A stretch of DNA of 64,000 nucleotides, from assembly GCA_963826535.1 (NCBI GenBank), contig CAWGXL010000011.1, positions 803,521 to 867,520 on the forward strand, given 5' to 3'. Below are positions 37,837 through 47,076 of the stretch, in pieces. The DNA comes from an uncultured bacterium. GTDB taxonomy: Bacteria > Patescibacteriota > Microgenomatia > Levybacterales > UBA12049. Numbering within the stretch: position 1 is the first letter of the stretch; each line of letters starts with the position of its first letter. The notes under the pieces are model-generated. The model saw only the letters and a program-made list of their open reading frames with translations. It had not been told where the DNA came from and made no database searches. Position numbers and translations under genes: made by a program.

Positions 37837-39540
37837 ATGGAAAAAATATTTTTTGAAATAACTGTAGTTATATGTATTGCTGCGGCACTAGCTATTGTAT
37901 TCAGGTTTTTTAAACAGTCTGAGATTCTTGCTTATATATTGACCGGGATTATTCTGGGGCCACTTGCATTTGTCAAACTTGATAGCGGGGAAGTGATGCA
38001 TTCTTTGGGACAAATCGGGATTACTTTACTACTATTCATGTTGGGTTTGGAGCTTCGGGTGAGTGAGATCCGGTCGGTTGGGAAAGTGGCTCTAATAACC
38101 GGGACAGGGCAGATAATTTTTACTACCGGCGTTGGTTTTCTGCTGTGTATTGTTTTGGGCTTTTCGTCTTTGACTTCGTTATATATGGCTATTGCATTGA
38201 CATTTTCAAGTACGATTATTATTGTAAAACTTCTTTCAGATAAGAAAGATCTGAATAGCCTTTATGGGAAAATATCAATTGGAATTTTACTCGTTCAAGA
38301 TTTTGTGGCGATTATGGCTCTTATTTTTCTTTCGGGATTTCAGAATGGCGGTGAGTCCGGCCTGCCTGCCGGCAGGCAGGTCTCTCCCCTCAGTTTCGGA
38401 TTTTTAATACTTAAAACAGTTGTGCTTTTTGGAGTGGTTATTCTTTTAAGTAATACGATTTTGCCAAAACTTATTAATAAAATTGCGAGGTCTTCGGAAA
38501 TACTTTTCTTATTCAGTCTGGCATGGGCTTTTGGCATGTCAGCGCTTGTCAGTTCGCCTCTAATTGGATTTTCTATAGAAATAGGAGGATTCTTGGCCGG
38601 GCTTGCGCTGGCTAATTCAATGGTGAATTTTCATATTGTGGCAAAAGTAAAAGCGCTTAGGGATTTTTTCATCACAATCTTTTTTGTTACTTTGGGTATG
38701 AGTCTGGTTTTTGATGATATATCCAGAATTTGGATCCCTGCAGTTATATTGGCACTTTATGTACTTATTGGAAATCCAATTATCATGACGTGTATTTTGG
38801 GTTTTTTGGGATACAGAAAAAGGACATCGTTTCTAGTCGGATTGACAATTGCGCAAATTTCAGAGTTCAGTATGATCTTGGTTTTTATGGGAAGTAAATT
38901 AAATCATGTAAGTGACGAGATTGTATCTATTATTACATTAGCCGGGACAATTACATTTGTATTTTCACCTTATATGATTATGAACGGTAATTTAATTTAT
39001 AAAAAAATGTCTCCATATTTATCCATTTTTGAACGGAAAAAAACGCAGGAGCAAACTATTGAAACAGAAAATTTTAATAATCATGTTATTATGGTCGGAG
39101 CTAATAGAATGGGGGAAAGTATTCTGGATGCATTTATAAAGAATGGAACGGATGTACTAGTTGTAGATTTTGATCCAGATGTGATCTCGCGCTTATCTAA
39201 GAAAAAAGTCCGTAGTCTTTACGGAGACATTGTGGACATTGAGATTCAGGAAAAAATAAATCTTAACAAAGCCCGGCTTGTTGTTTCAACCGTTCCTGAT
39301 GTTGATGATAATTTAATTCTGCTTGAAAGTCTACGGATCCAGAATAAAAAGGCACTGGTTGTGCTTTGCGCTATGGAGAAGGAAGATGCAACGGTTTTGT
39401 ATAAAGCAGGCGCGGATTATGTTGTATTACCGCATTTGGCGGGCGGGAGGCATTTGGCAAAAATATTGGTTGATAAGAATCATCTTGAGATTATTGAGGA
39501 CTATAAAGCCCGAGACCGTTCGGTTCTTCTAACGGGGTAA
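37837..39540 (+). CDS. CPA2/Kef-type cation:proton antiporter with TrkA-N domain
   Basis: LLFMLGLE, FSSTII, ILLVQD, QISEF, GANRMG, YGD. Confidence 0.92.
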   Translation: MEKIFFEITVVICIAAALAIVFRFFKQSEILAYILTGIILGPLAFVKLDSGEVMHSLGQIGITLLLFMLGLELRVSEIRSVGKVALITGTGQIIFTTGVGFLLCIVLGFSSLTSLYMAIALTFSSTIIIVKLLSDKKDLNSLYGKISIGILLVQDFVAIMALIFLSGFQNGGESGLPAGRQVSPLSFGFLILKTVVLFGVVILLSNTILPKLINKIARSSEILFLFSLAWAFGMSALVSSPLIGFSIEIGGFLAGLALANSMVNFHIVAKVKALRDFFITIFFVTLGMSLVFDDISRIWIPAVILALYVLIGNPIIMTCILGFLGYRKRTSFLVGLTIAQISEFSMILVFMGSKLNHVSDEIVSIITLAGTITFVFSPYMIMNGNLIYKKMSPYLSIFERKKTQEQTIETENFNNHVIMVGANRMGESILDAFIKNGTDVLVVDFDPDVISRLSKKKVRSLYGDIVDIEIQEKINLNKARLVVSTVPDVDDNLILLESLRIQNKKALVVLCAMEKEDATVLYKAGADYVVLPHLAGGRHLAKILVDKNHLEIIEDYKARDRSVLLTG

Positions 39541-39579
39541 TAAATGGAATAAGTTACTCAAGTTATAAAAAAATGATTT

Positions 39580-39688
39580 GTCATTCCCCTGGACAGGGGA
39601 ATCCAGAAGATATAAATATTTCTACATTAAAAAAGTAAATGGAAAAACTTATTTTTACCTACTGGGTTCCCGCGTTCGCGGGAATGAC
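39580..39688 (-). mobile_element. gene-less, inverted copy of the dRS3-like end pair
   Basis: Spacers CTGGACAG and GCGTTCGC are exact reverse complements of the spacers flanking the GIY-YIG gene. Confidence 0.65.
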
Positions 39689-39712
39689 AATAAACTGGGT
39701 AGCACGAGCAAG

Positions 39713-40585
39713 TTATTTCTCTTCGAATGGGTGTTCGTTGGGGATTTCGCCGTCCAGTATATTCGGGAGGTTTTTCCAGGATTTGTTGATGCGGTGGTCG
39801 GTGAGGCGGTCTTGGGGGAAGTTGTAGGTTTTAATTTTTTCTGAGCGCATACCACGGCCTACTTGTGTAGCTCTGAGAGAAGCGATTTGGGTCTGCTGTT
39901 TTTCGAGTTCTATTTCCCAGAGTTTGGCGCGGAGTAATTTCATAGCGATTTCGCGATTTTGTATTTGTGAACGCTCGGCTTGGGCTGTTACAACAAGACC
40001 GCTGGGTTTATGACGGATGCGCACGGCAGTTGAGACTTTGTTTACATTTTGCCCGCCATGGCCTCCGCTACGAAATGCTTCGAACTCAATGTCATCGGGG
40101 TTAATATGTAAATCTATATCTTCAAGTTCAGGGAGAATAGAAACAGTGCTGGTTGAAGTATGAATGCGGCCTTTTTTTTCGGTTGCAGGTGTTCTTTGGA
40201 CTCGATGGACACCTGCTTCAAATTTAAATATATTAAATGCGCCTTTCCCTAATATTTTAATTATGTATTCATCCAGTCTTTCGACTGTGAAGCCTTTTTT
40301 TTGCGCGAAACGGGTGTACATACGCAGGAGTTCTTCCGCCCATAATTTGGCCTCGTCACCGCCGGCTGCGCCTTTGACTTCAAGAATGATATTGCGTTCA
40401 TCGAAATTATCCTGCGCCTTTGTTTGGGAATTTTTTAGACTATCTTCAATCACTTTTTTTTCTTCTTCAAGATTAGTTAGTTCTTGCTGGGCTAAGGTTA
40501 TTAATGCAGGATCGGAAAGTAAGGTTTTTGTTTCCTCGATTTTTTGTTCAAGCTCCTGAAGTTGTATTAATCGGTAGTCGGACAT
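39713..40585 (-). CDS. prfA: peptide chain release factor 1 (short N-terminus)
   Basis: [19 protein letters not shown] (PxT), [21 protein letters not shown]. Confidence 0.95.
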   Translation of the reverse strand: MSDYRLIQLQELEQKIEETKTLLSDPALITLAQQELTNLEEEKKVIEDSLKNSQTKAQDNFDERNIILEVKGAAGGDEAKLWAEELLRMYTRFAQKKGFTVERLDEYIIKILGKGAFNIFKFEAGVHRVQRTPATEKKGRIHTSTSTVSILPELEDIDLHINPDDIEFEAFRSGGHGGQNVNKVSTAVRIRHKPSGLVVTAQAERSQIQNREIAMKLLRAKLWEIELEKQQTQIASLRATQVGRGMRSEKIKTYNFPQDRLTDHRINKSWKNLPNILDGEIPNEHPFEEK

Positions 40586-40588
40586 TTG

Positions 40589-40888
40589 CTATTTTAGGCC
40601 TATGAGCATTTCTCGGAGTGTTTTGGGGCCTTCTTGTGATTTTTTCTTTTCTTCAATTTTTTTCACTTTTTTCTGTTGGTATTTTTGAGCATTTTCTTGT
40701 TTGGTCTGGAATTTTTTAATTAATGATCCGGAGTCTACAAATTTTTGCTGTCCGGTGTAGAATGGATGGCAATCGCTGCAGAGTTCTATGTGAATTGTTT
40801 CCCGGGTAGATCCGGTGGTAAAACGATTACCACAGACACAAATGACTTGAGCGTTGTCGTAAAATTTAGGATGAATATTTGCTTTCAT
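40589..40888 (-). CDS. rpmE: 50S ribosomal protein L31
   Basis: MKANIHP, CVCG, CSDCHPFYTG. Confidence 0.96.
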   Translation of the reverse strand: MKANIHPKFYDNAQVICVCGNRFTTGSTRETIHIELCSDCHPFYTGQQKFVDSGSLIKKFQTKQENAQKYQQKKVKKIEEKKKSQEGPKTLREMLIGLK

Positions 40889-41012
40889 TATACTTATTAT
40901 AGCCTAATTTTGAATGCTTAGCAAGTGAAAAGTAGGAAGATTATTCTGCACAGATGTAAAAATCTCATTAAAAATATCTAGCGAGCTTCTGCGCGTCAGT
41001 GCAAAATAGTGT

Positions 41013-42395
41013 TTATTGAGTTTGGGGTAGTTCGGCTTTGATAAGCTCTTCGGTTCCTTTCGTAGTAGTTTCAATTGCAGCAGCAGCAATTGCCCCCAAT
41101 AAAAATAGTAACACTTTGCCCAAAGTCAATTTATTTTTTTCTTCTGGCGTTAGATTGTCTCCTTTATTTTCAAGTTGATTTATTTCTTGTTTAAGATTGT
41201 TTTGTTCTGTTGAAATATTTTCAGGTTTAATATTTTTTAATGTATCTGCTGTTGAAATAATCGTATCTGGATTTTGGCTTAATTTTTTAATAATCTCCGC
41301 TCTTTTATCCGGAGATACTTTCATATCGGCCAATTGTGCTCCGATTTCACCCATAGCATTTAACTGTTTTTGTTCTTGGGATAATTCATTTTTCTCGGCA
41401 GATTCTGCAGGAGGTTGTGCTTCCGTTGCTTGCGTAGCAGGCTTATCTTCAATTTTCGTTGTAGGTTCAATTGCTTGAACTTGAGGTTGCTCGGGAGCCG
41501 GGTGTTCAACCTTGGCCGTGTCCGGTAGTGGTGATTCACCAGAGGGTGGGGGAGAACTTGATTCAGCAGTTACAGGTTGGGATCGTTCTCCGCCTGATGA
41601 TTGGTTTTTAGTTGCCAGGCGTGCTGCTTTTTTCATATCTAGTTCCGCGTTTTTGTCCTTGACCCATTTAGCCTTTCTGTCAGCTAGTTGTTGGGCTGAT
41701 TCCGTAACAGGCTTCTCAACTCTGGTAGTATCTGCATTTGGCGTTTCGGAAACGGGTGGAGGTTTGGGTTGTCCGGATTTCGCTTTTCCTAACTTGCCTT
41801 GGACCCAGGCTTTCAAGTTCTTTTTGTAATTTTCTGCCCGGGTACGCTCATCATTTTGTAAGGCTTGTTCAGTAACAGGAAGTTTAACATTAGCTTGTTC
41901 GGCATTCGGTGTTTCGGCAGTTTGTGGGGGAGAGGTTGCTTCTGCTGTTGGAGTAGTTTGTTCGGGAGCCGTCTGTGTTGTTTTAGTTTCTGTTTGTTGT
42001 TCCTGCGATGGTTTTGGAACAGAGGGTTCAACTTGGACCGTATCGAGTTTTGTTACTTCATCTGGTTGTCGGGACGATTTTGCTTCAGCTAAAGGCTTAA
42101 CACTTGCAGCCGCTTTTGTATCTAGGGTGTCTTGATTTTTGCTATTGTCGGTGGATGCATTTTGTTTGTATTCTATCTGCGGTTTATCTTTGCCTGTCTT
42201 AAAAAACATTTCCATTATACCCCTAGCATCTTTGCCTTGGCCTATTTTAATAGTGTCAAGTACTCCTTGTGCTTGTGCATCTTTTGGCTTAGGAGTTTCC
42301 GCTGGTTTTACAGACTGACTCATCTCTGCTCCTTTTTCCCGTATTGATGGAGTTGTTTCACTGCTTGTCGTATTCATTATTAGTACTTTTACCAA
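41013..42395 (-). CDS. low-complexity P/Q/T/E/K-rich protein with hydrophobic segment near the C-terminus
   Basis: 460-aa ORF, compositionally disordered. Confidence 0.7.
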   Translation of the reverse strand: MVKVLIMNTTSSETTPSIREKGAEMSQSVKPAETPKPKDAQAQGVLDTIKIGQGKDARGIMEMFFKTGKDKPQIEYKQNASTDNSKNQDTLDTKAAASVKPLAEAKSSRQPDEVTKLDTVQVEPSVPKPSQEQQTETKTTQTAPEQTTPTAEATSPPQTAETPNAEQANVKLPVTEQALQNDERTRAENYKKNLKAWVQGKLGKAKSGQPKPPPVSETPNADTTRVEKPVTESAQQLADRKAKWVKDKNAELDMKKAARLATKNQSSGGERSQPVTAESSSPPPSGESPLPDTAKVEHPAPEQPQVQAIEPTTKIEDKPATQATEAQPPAESAEKNELSQEQKQLNAMGEIGAQLADMKVSPDKRAEIIKKLSQNPDTIISTADTLKNIKPENISTEQNNLKQEINQLENKGDNLTPEEKNKLTLGKVLLFLLGAIAAAAIETTTKGTEELIKAELPQTQ

Positions 42396-42462
42396 GTCAT
42401 GCTTTTATGATTTTTTTATTCTTAATAAACATTTATTTAAAATATTTATTTTATATTTGGCT

Positions 42463-43437
42463 TTAGATGTTTTCGGTTTTTTGGTGATCAATAACATTTA
42501 TGTTCTGATTGGCGATTTGCGCTTGTGGTCTGGGTCTTAATAGATGGAAGGGGTGGTAGTGGATGCGGCCTTCGGAGATGAAGATGCCTATAAATATTAG
42601 CGCTGCGCCCAAAAGAAATGTGGTTGTAATAGTTTCTCCCAGTAAAGGTTTGGCAATGAGTATGGCGATAAGCGGATCAGCATAGGAGAAGACAGCGACT
42701 TGATTGGCAGATATATATTTCATGGCAAATGTGTGAAGAGTATAGGCAACTGTTGAACAAAGTACGGCACCAAATAAAATGCCTATAATGCTTTTTAAGT
42801 CAAAGCTGAGTAGTTGGCTTGTATTTCCGGCTTCAAGAAAAACTAGAGGCAGGAAACTGATAGAAGTTATAGTAAAAATCCAGAATGTTAAGGTCAATGG
42901 ATTATATTTGGGAGCAATTTCTTTAAGCATAAGTGTGTAAAAAACCGAAAGTCCCATTGAGACAATGAATAATAAATTGCCAATTAGCGAGCTGTCCATG
43001 CCGTTTTCAAACAGTGGACGCATAACAATTATTACGACCCCAATGAGGCTGATAATTGTACCTTGGACCATTTTTTTCTTCAATTTTTCATGTAGAAAGA
43101 TTGTTGAACCAATGATTAAGAAGATTGGGGCAGCTGATGCTATTACAGGTACATTAATACTTGGTGAGAACTTTAGTCCAACATAATAATAGGCGATATG
43201 GAAGGTTAGTCCGATTACCGATATAAACATGAGTATTGGCCAATCCGCGCTATGTATTTTAAGTTTTTTGCGGATAAAGGGATAAAGAATAGCTGCAGCA
43301 AGCGAAAAGCGAAGAAAAGCGAGAGTAAAAGGTTGGATTTCGTCTAAAGACCATTTAAAAATAGGCGGCGCCGCGCCCCAAATAAGGTTGGCAACGATTA
43401 AGGAGAGTACTGCGAGTTGAATCTTGGACAGTTTCAT
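42463..43437 (-). CDS. EamA/DMT transporter
   Basis: NLIWG, AFLRF, two EamA repeats, LLGETI. Confidence 0.9.
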   Translation of the reverse strand: MKLSKIQLAVLSLIVANLIWGAAPPIFKWSLDEIQPFTLAFLRFSLAAAILYPFIRKKLKIHSADWPILMFISVIGLTFHIAYYYVGLKFSPSINVPVIASAAPIFLIIGSTIFLHEKLKKKMVQGTIISLIGVVIIVMRPLFENGMDSSLIGNLLFIVSMGLSVFYTLMLKEIAPKYNPLTLTFWIFTITSISFLPLVFLEAGNTSQLLSFDLKSIIGILFGAVLCSTVAYTLHTFAMKYISANQVAVFSYADPLIAILIAKPLLGETITTTFLLGAALIFIGIFISEGRIHYHPFHLLRPRPQAQIANQNINVIDHQKTENI

Positions 43438-43470
43438 TGTGTAGACTTATTCTACTATATCATATTTTTA

Positions 43471-44745
43471 TTACTTGAGCGCTTCCAGGAGTTTTTCGAG
43501 GGTGTATTGTTTTTGCAGACGGGTTTTTAGGTTTTTTAGGGTTACTACATTTTTTTCTAATTCTTCAGGACCAATTATAATCACATTTGGAATTCCTTTT
43601 TGGTCTGCATATTTGAGTTGTTTTTCCAGAGGATTTTTTTCTTTTATTTCACCGAGATATATTTCAGTGTTGATATTGTCCGAACGAAGAATGGAGGCGA
43701 TTTGTAGAGATTGTTTCATGAGTTTTTCATTAAACACTGTTATCAGTACTTGAGCTACTTTTGCTTTTATATCAGGAATTTTATTGAATTGTTTGAGCAA
43801 TTCTTGTATAGGCATATCTCCCGGCGCCATTCCAACTCCGGGAATTCTTTCTCCCCCAATTGTTGCTGTTAAATTATCAAACCTGCCACCACCAAAAATT
43901 GCCCTTTTCAATCCTTGAGTTTTATCCCATGCTTCAAAGACAGTACGAGTATAGTAGTCAAAACCTCTAAATATTTTGGGATCAAATTCTATATATTGCT
44001 TAATATCAGAGTAATTTTCTAATGAATTAAATACTTTTTTCAGCCATTCGGATTTTGTGTAATCCTTGTTATCTATGAATTCAAATAGTGATTCTATTTG
44101 ATTTTCAGATAAGTCAGAGGTCTTTTTTATTTTTGCTAACAATTCAACTCTAGGAAGTTTATCAATTTTGTCGAGTAATCTAATTAATGTAGGACGATCC
44201 TTTATGGCAATATTTTGTTTATCACAAAAATCTTCAAAGAATGATCTGTCGCTTACTTTGATTACTACTTCATCAGGCGTAAGATTCAGTTCTTTAAAAA
44301 ATTCGGCTGCAATTGCCAGGATTTCTGCGTCGGCTTCCGGTGTTTCGGGACCTAAGATATTGATTTCCCATTGGAAGAATTCCCGGCCTCTCCCTTTTTG
44401 GGGCTGTTCATATCTCCAACCGCGGCCAAACATAAACCATCTAATTGGTTTTAATAGTTCCTGAGATTTTTGAGCGACCATACGAGCGACAGTGGGGGTG
44501 AGCTCGGGACGCAAGACAAGCAGATTGTTGTCTTTGTCTTTTAGTGTAAAGACTTGTTCTTTCAAAATTTCTTCATTTGTTTTATTTGCGTATAAGTCAA
44601 GATATTCAATTTCCGGTCCGTCATATTCTTGATAACCAAATTTTTCAGATACTTTTTTCATTTTTTGGTACAACCAATTGCGGAGCGCTAAATCATCCGG
44701 GTAAAAATCTCTGGTTCCTTTAACTGGCGATATTGTTTTATTCAT
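43471..44745 (-). CDS. hisS: histidine--tRNA ligase
   Basis: KGTRDFYP, LRPELT, RYEQPQKGRGREFFQ, RGFDYYT, GGGRFD. Confidence 0.96.
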   Translation of the reverse strand: MNKTISPVKGTRDFYPDDLALRNWLYQKMKKVSEKFGYQEYDGPEIEYLDLYANKTNEEILKEQVFTLKDKDNNLLVLRPELTPTVARMVAQKSQELLKPIRWFMFGRGWRYEQPQKGRGREFFQWEINILGPETPEADAEILAIAAEFFKELNLTPDEVVIKVSDRSFFEDFCDKQNIAIKDRPTLIRLLDKIDKLPRVELLAKIKKTSDLSENQIESLFEFIDNKDYTKSEWLKKVFNSLENYSDIKQYIEFDPKIFRGFDYYTRTVFEAWDKTQGLKRAIFGGGRFDNLTATIGGERIPGVGMAPGDMPIQELLKQFNKIPDIKAKVAQVLITVFNEKLMKQSLQIASILRSDNINTEIYLGEIKEKNPLEKQLKYADQKGIPNVIIIGPEELEKNVVTLKNLKTRLQKQYTLEKLLEALK

Positions 44746-44827
44746 AATGGTGTTTAATCATGAGTTTATTATACATTGAAAAGTTGAAAGTTTAAAGCGC
44801 AGCTAAAAATATAAAAATTGTACCTCA

Positions 44828-45538
44828 CTACATCAGTCTCCTTTTTTGTTGGGCGATAGTTATTTTATCTCTTATATCATCAAGAATCTGCTTGTCTCTT
44901 TGGCTCATTTTTTCTTCAGATTCAATCAGCCGTGTAGCGACTTGGTGAAATCTTTCAAGTTCTATAATATTGTTTGCCGCAATTGTCCGGCCTGAATCAA
45001 CCACATCAATTATTCCGACACAATCGTTAAATACATACTGTATTGCTTCTGTTTTTCCGGGAGATTCAAATATCGTAATTTCTTTTACACCTCTTTCATT
45101 TAAAGTTTCTTTGGAGATATTGGGAAATTTTGTGACAACCATTTTATTTTTTAAATCAATTACTCCAATTGATCCGTTTCTTATTCTTGTTTCTTGTTCA
45201 AATCGTTTAGTTACGCCTATAAAAAGAGCAGGTCTAGTTATGTCTGGGAAGAGTTCGTATATCGGAAGTGCTTCGCCTGCATTGGCGTTGAGTCCGGCTT
45301 CCCATAAGATGTCACTTCCGGTTATCCCTGCTTTTAAATTTGAGCGGGTGTCTTTTAGAATGCGCGGTATATCGCTTGCCCGCATAACGATAAGATCAAG
45401 CGGCATATTTTTTACCGGAACAAGATACTGCTTGCCGCAGTCCGTAAAATCCAGACCAACTGCTTTTAACAGTTTGTTAACATTTGTTTGTAGTTCTCCG
45501 CCGGGAAGAGCTATTCTTGTACGTTCGATATCTTTCAT
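44828..45538 (-). CDS. hisG: ATP phosphoribosyltransferase (short form)
   Basis: IALP, RASDIP, GITGSDILWE, TKFPN, GKTE, IIDVVDSGRT..NN. Confidence 0.88.
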   Translation of the reverse strand: MKDIERTRIALPGGELQTNVNKLLKAVGLDFTDCGKQYLVPVKNMPLDLIVMRASDIPRILKDTRSNLKAGITGSDILWEAGLNANAGEALPIYELFPDITRPALFIGVTKRFEQETRIRNGSIGVIDLKNKMVVTKFPNISKETLNERGVKEITIFESPGKTEAIQYVFNDCVGIIDVVDSGRTIAANNIIELERFHQVATRLIESEEKMSQRDKQILDDIRDKITIAQQKRRLM

Positions 45539-45558
45539 AAAAAAACATTTTTTTCAAC

Positions 45559-45631
45559 AAAAAAACCTCACGTTCGTTATTTACCATTTGGCCTATATGA
45601 ATAGGTAATGGTGAAATAAGGAACGAGAGGT
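45559..45631 (-). terminator. long hairpin plus U-tract just upstream of hisG
   Basis: Imperfect stem of about 30 bp (ACCTC...GAGGT) followed by T7 on the minus strand. Confidence 0.5.
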
Positions 45632-45749
45632 ATTCGACGAGCTCATACTCATGAGCAATATCCTCCATACCTTAGCATTCGCCTTTTAGTACTATTCGTA
45701 CACGGCTCATGCTGCGGTATTCGGAGGATGATGAGATCGTTGTCCCATC

Positions 45750-45910
45750 AAAAAAGGACCTCTCGCGGTCCCATCCTTGATTCCTAAAGGCATTTTTCCT
45801 TTAGGCTCTTCGGCCGACTCCGCGTTACGACATCGACTGTTGTAGTTTACGGTTCAACTTCCGTAAGGCATTTTTGCCTTCAGCTTCCGGATCGTGACTC
45901 CGGTCAGACG
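45750..45910 (-). promoter_or_regulatory. T-box riboswitch (His specifier) with terminator
   Basis: Minus strand CCGGA-GTCACGA-TCCGG (CAC loop); T-box AAGGATGGGACCGCG; terminator GGACC-GCGAGA-GGTCC-T6; upstream TTGACA..TGcTAAAAT promoter at 45964-45937. Confidence 0.75.
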
Positions 45911-46074
45911 CTTTATAAATCTTTAATTGTTCTGTTATTTTAGCATAAAAGAATATTTTGTCAAATTTTGTAGGCTATTTTATCAGCTTTCGTAGAGGTT
46001 GTGAAGTGCTTTTGTTACTGGATACGTTTATTTGCTATTTGTTTAAAACCGATAGAAAATCAGCAATTTTAGTT

Positions 46075-46911
46075 TTATTTAGCTTGTATATATTCTTTTT
46101 GGGCAACTTGATTAAGTATTAGTCTAAAATCGCTAAATACTTCAAGTCCATTCTCCTTCCCAAATGATCCACTAGGGCCTCTAGCAACACCTAGTACTTT
46201 TCCTTCATTATCTACCAAAGGCCCACCGCTATTGCCTGGTAAAACTCTTCCATTATAGTAAAGATGTAGGTCTTTTGTCTCAGTTACCCCTTGCCTTTTC
46301 ATCAAAGCTTGCATATAAGGAGTGTGGTTGGGAGGCTCTTTAGTAGAAACTTTGCCTATACTTATTAAAGGTCTTTGAGAGTCAGCCCAAGCTTCTTTAA
46401 ATTCACCGGGAAACCTAATGGCTGCAGCATTTTGAGTTGTATCATGGCGCACATTCTGTTCGGATATCTCAACTCCTTCATTATCGCCTTCAAATGGAAA
46501 TATAGCTGCATCAGTTGCATGCATGCCATTAGATTTAGCGGTGATGCTATCATAAAGCAAATCAGGATTTTTCATCACCCCTTCTATCATTTCTCCTTTA
46601 TTATCTCTGTAGTGATACTTCAGTGATTTTTCAGGATGAGCTAACATTTCGTCTATTACATGTGTTGCTGTTACTAAATATTTATTCCCCTCATAGGAAA
46701 TGATTACTCCACTGCCACCAGGTTCTGAAGGGTTTTCACTTACAAGTACGGTTGCATTAACAGCTTGTTGTAATTCTGGAATAACACCTTGTTCAGATTT
46801 AAAATAATGAGTCCTATCTTGAAATGTAGGATTTTGGAATGTTGCTGTGTCTAATGAATCCCTAACTTCAGTAGCTGGTCTATACCCAGTTTCTATAAAA
46901 CCTGCATCCAT
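46075..46911 (-). CDS. trypsin-like serine protease (paralog 1)
   Basis: GSGVII, VTATHV, DAAI, PGNSGGPL. Confidence 0.88.
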   Translation of the reverse strand: MDAGFIETGYRPATEVRDSLDTATFQNPTFQDRTHYFKSEQGVIPELQQAVNATVLVSENPSEPGGSGVIISYEGNKYLVTATHVIDEMLAHPEKSLKYHYRDNKGEMIEGVMKNPDLLYDSITAKSNGMHATDAAIFPFEGDNEGVEISEQNVRHDTTQNAAAIRFPGEFKEAWADSQRPLISIGKVSTKEPPNHTPYMQALMKRQGVTETKDLHLYYNGRVLPGNSGGPLVDNEGKVLGVARGPSGSFGKENGLEVFSDFRLILNQVAQKEYIQAK

Positions 46912-46987
46912 ATTTATTATTAGTATATCAAAAATGTGGCAAAGAAGAATGCTATTGTTTAGCTTTAATTTCGGATTGAGGGAGTTA

Positions 46988-47027
46988 TTAGATTTCTATA
47001 AGTTGTTTTGGGGATTTTTTGTTAGCT
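46988..47027 (-). pseudogene. stranded 3'-end fragment of the M24 peptidase gene
   Basis: Reads ...KSPKQLIEI* versus the real C-terminus LTKSPKNLIEI* at 47991-48029. Confidence 0.7.
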
Positions 47028-47076
47028 ATTGAGATGCATGGGTAAATAAGGAAGATTTTATTATTTTGATATGTAT

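Noticed and set aside
44970-45608. 212-aa plus-strand ORF and similar antisense ORFs (15339-15872, 25610-26041, 35974-36363)
   Set aside because: Antisense shadows of better-supported genes, with no motifs.
45983-46018. Minus-strand VTKALHNLYES*, a possible older M24 peptidase 3' remnant
   Set aside because: Similarity to LTKSPKNLIEI* is too weak.
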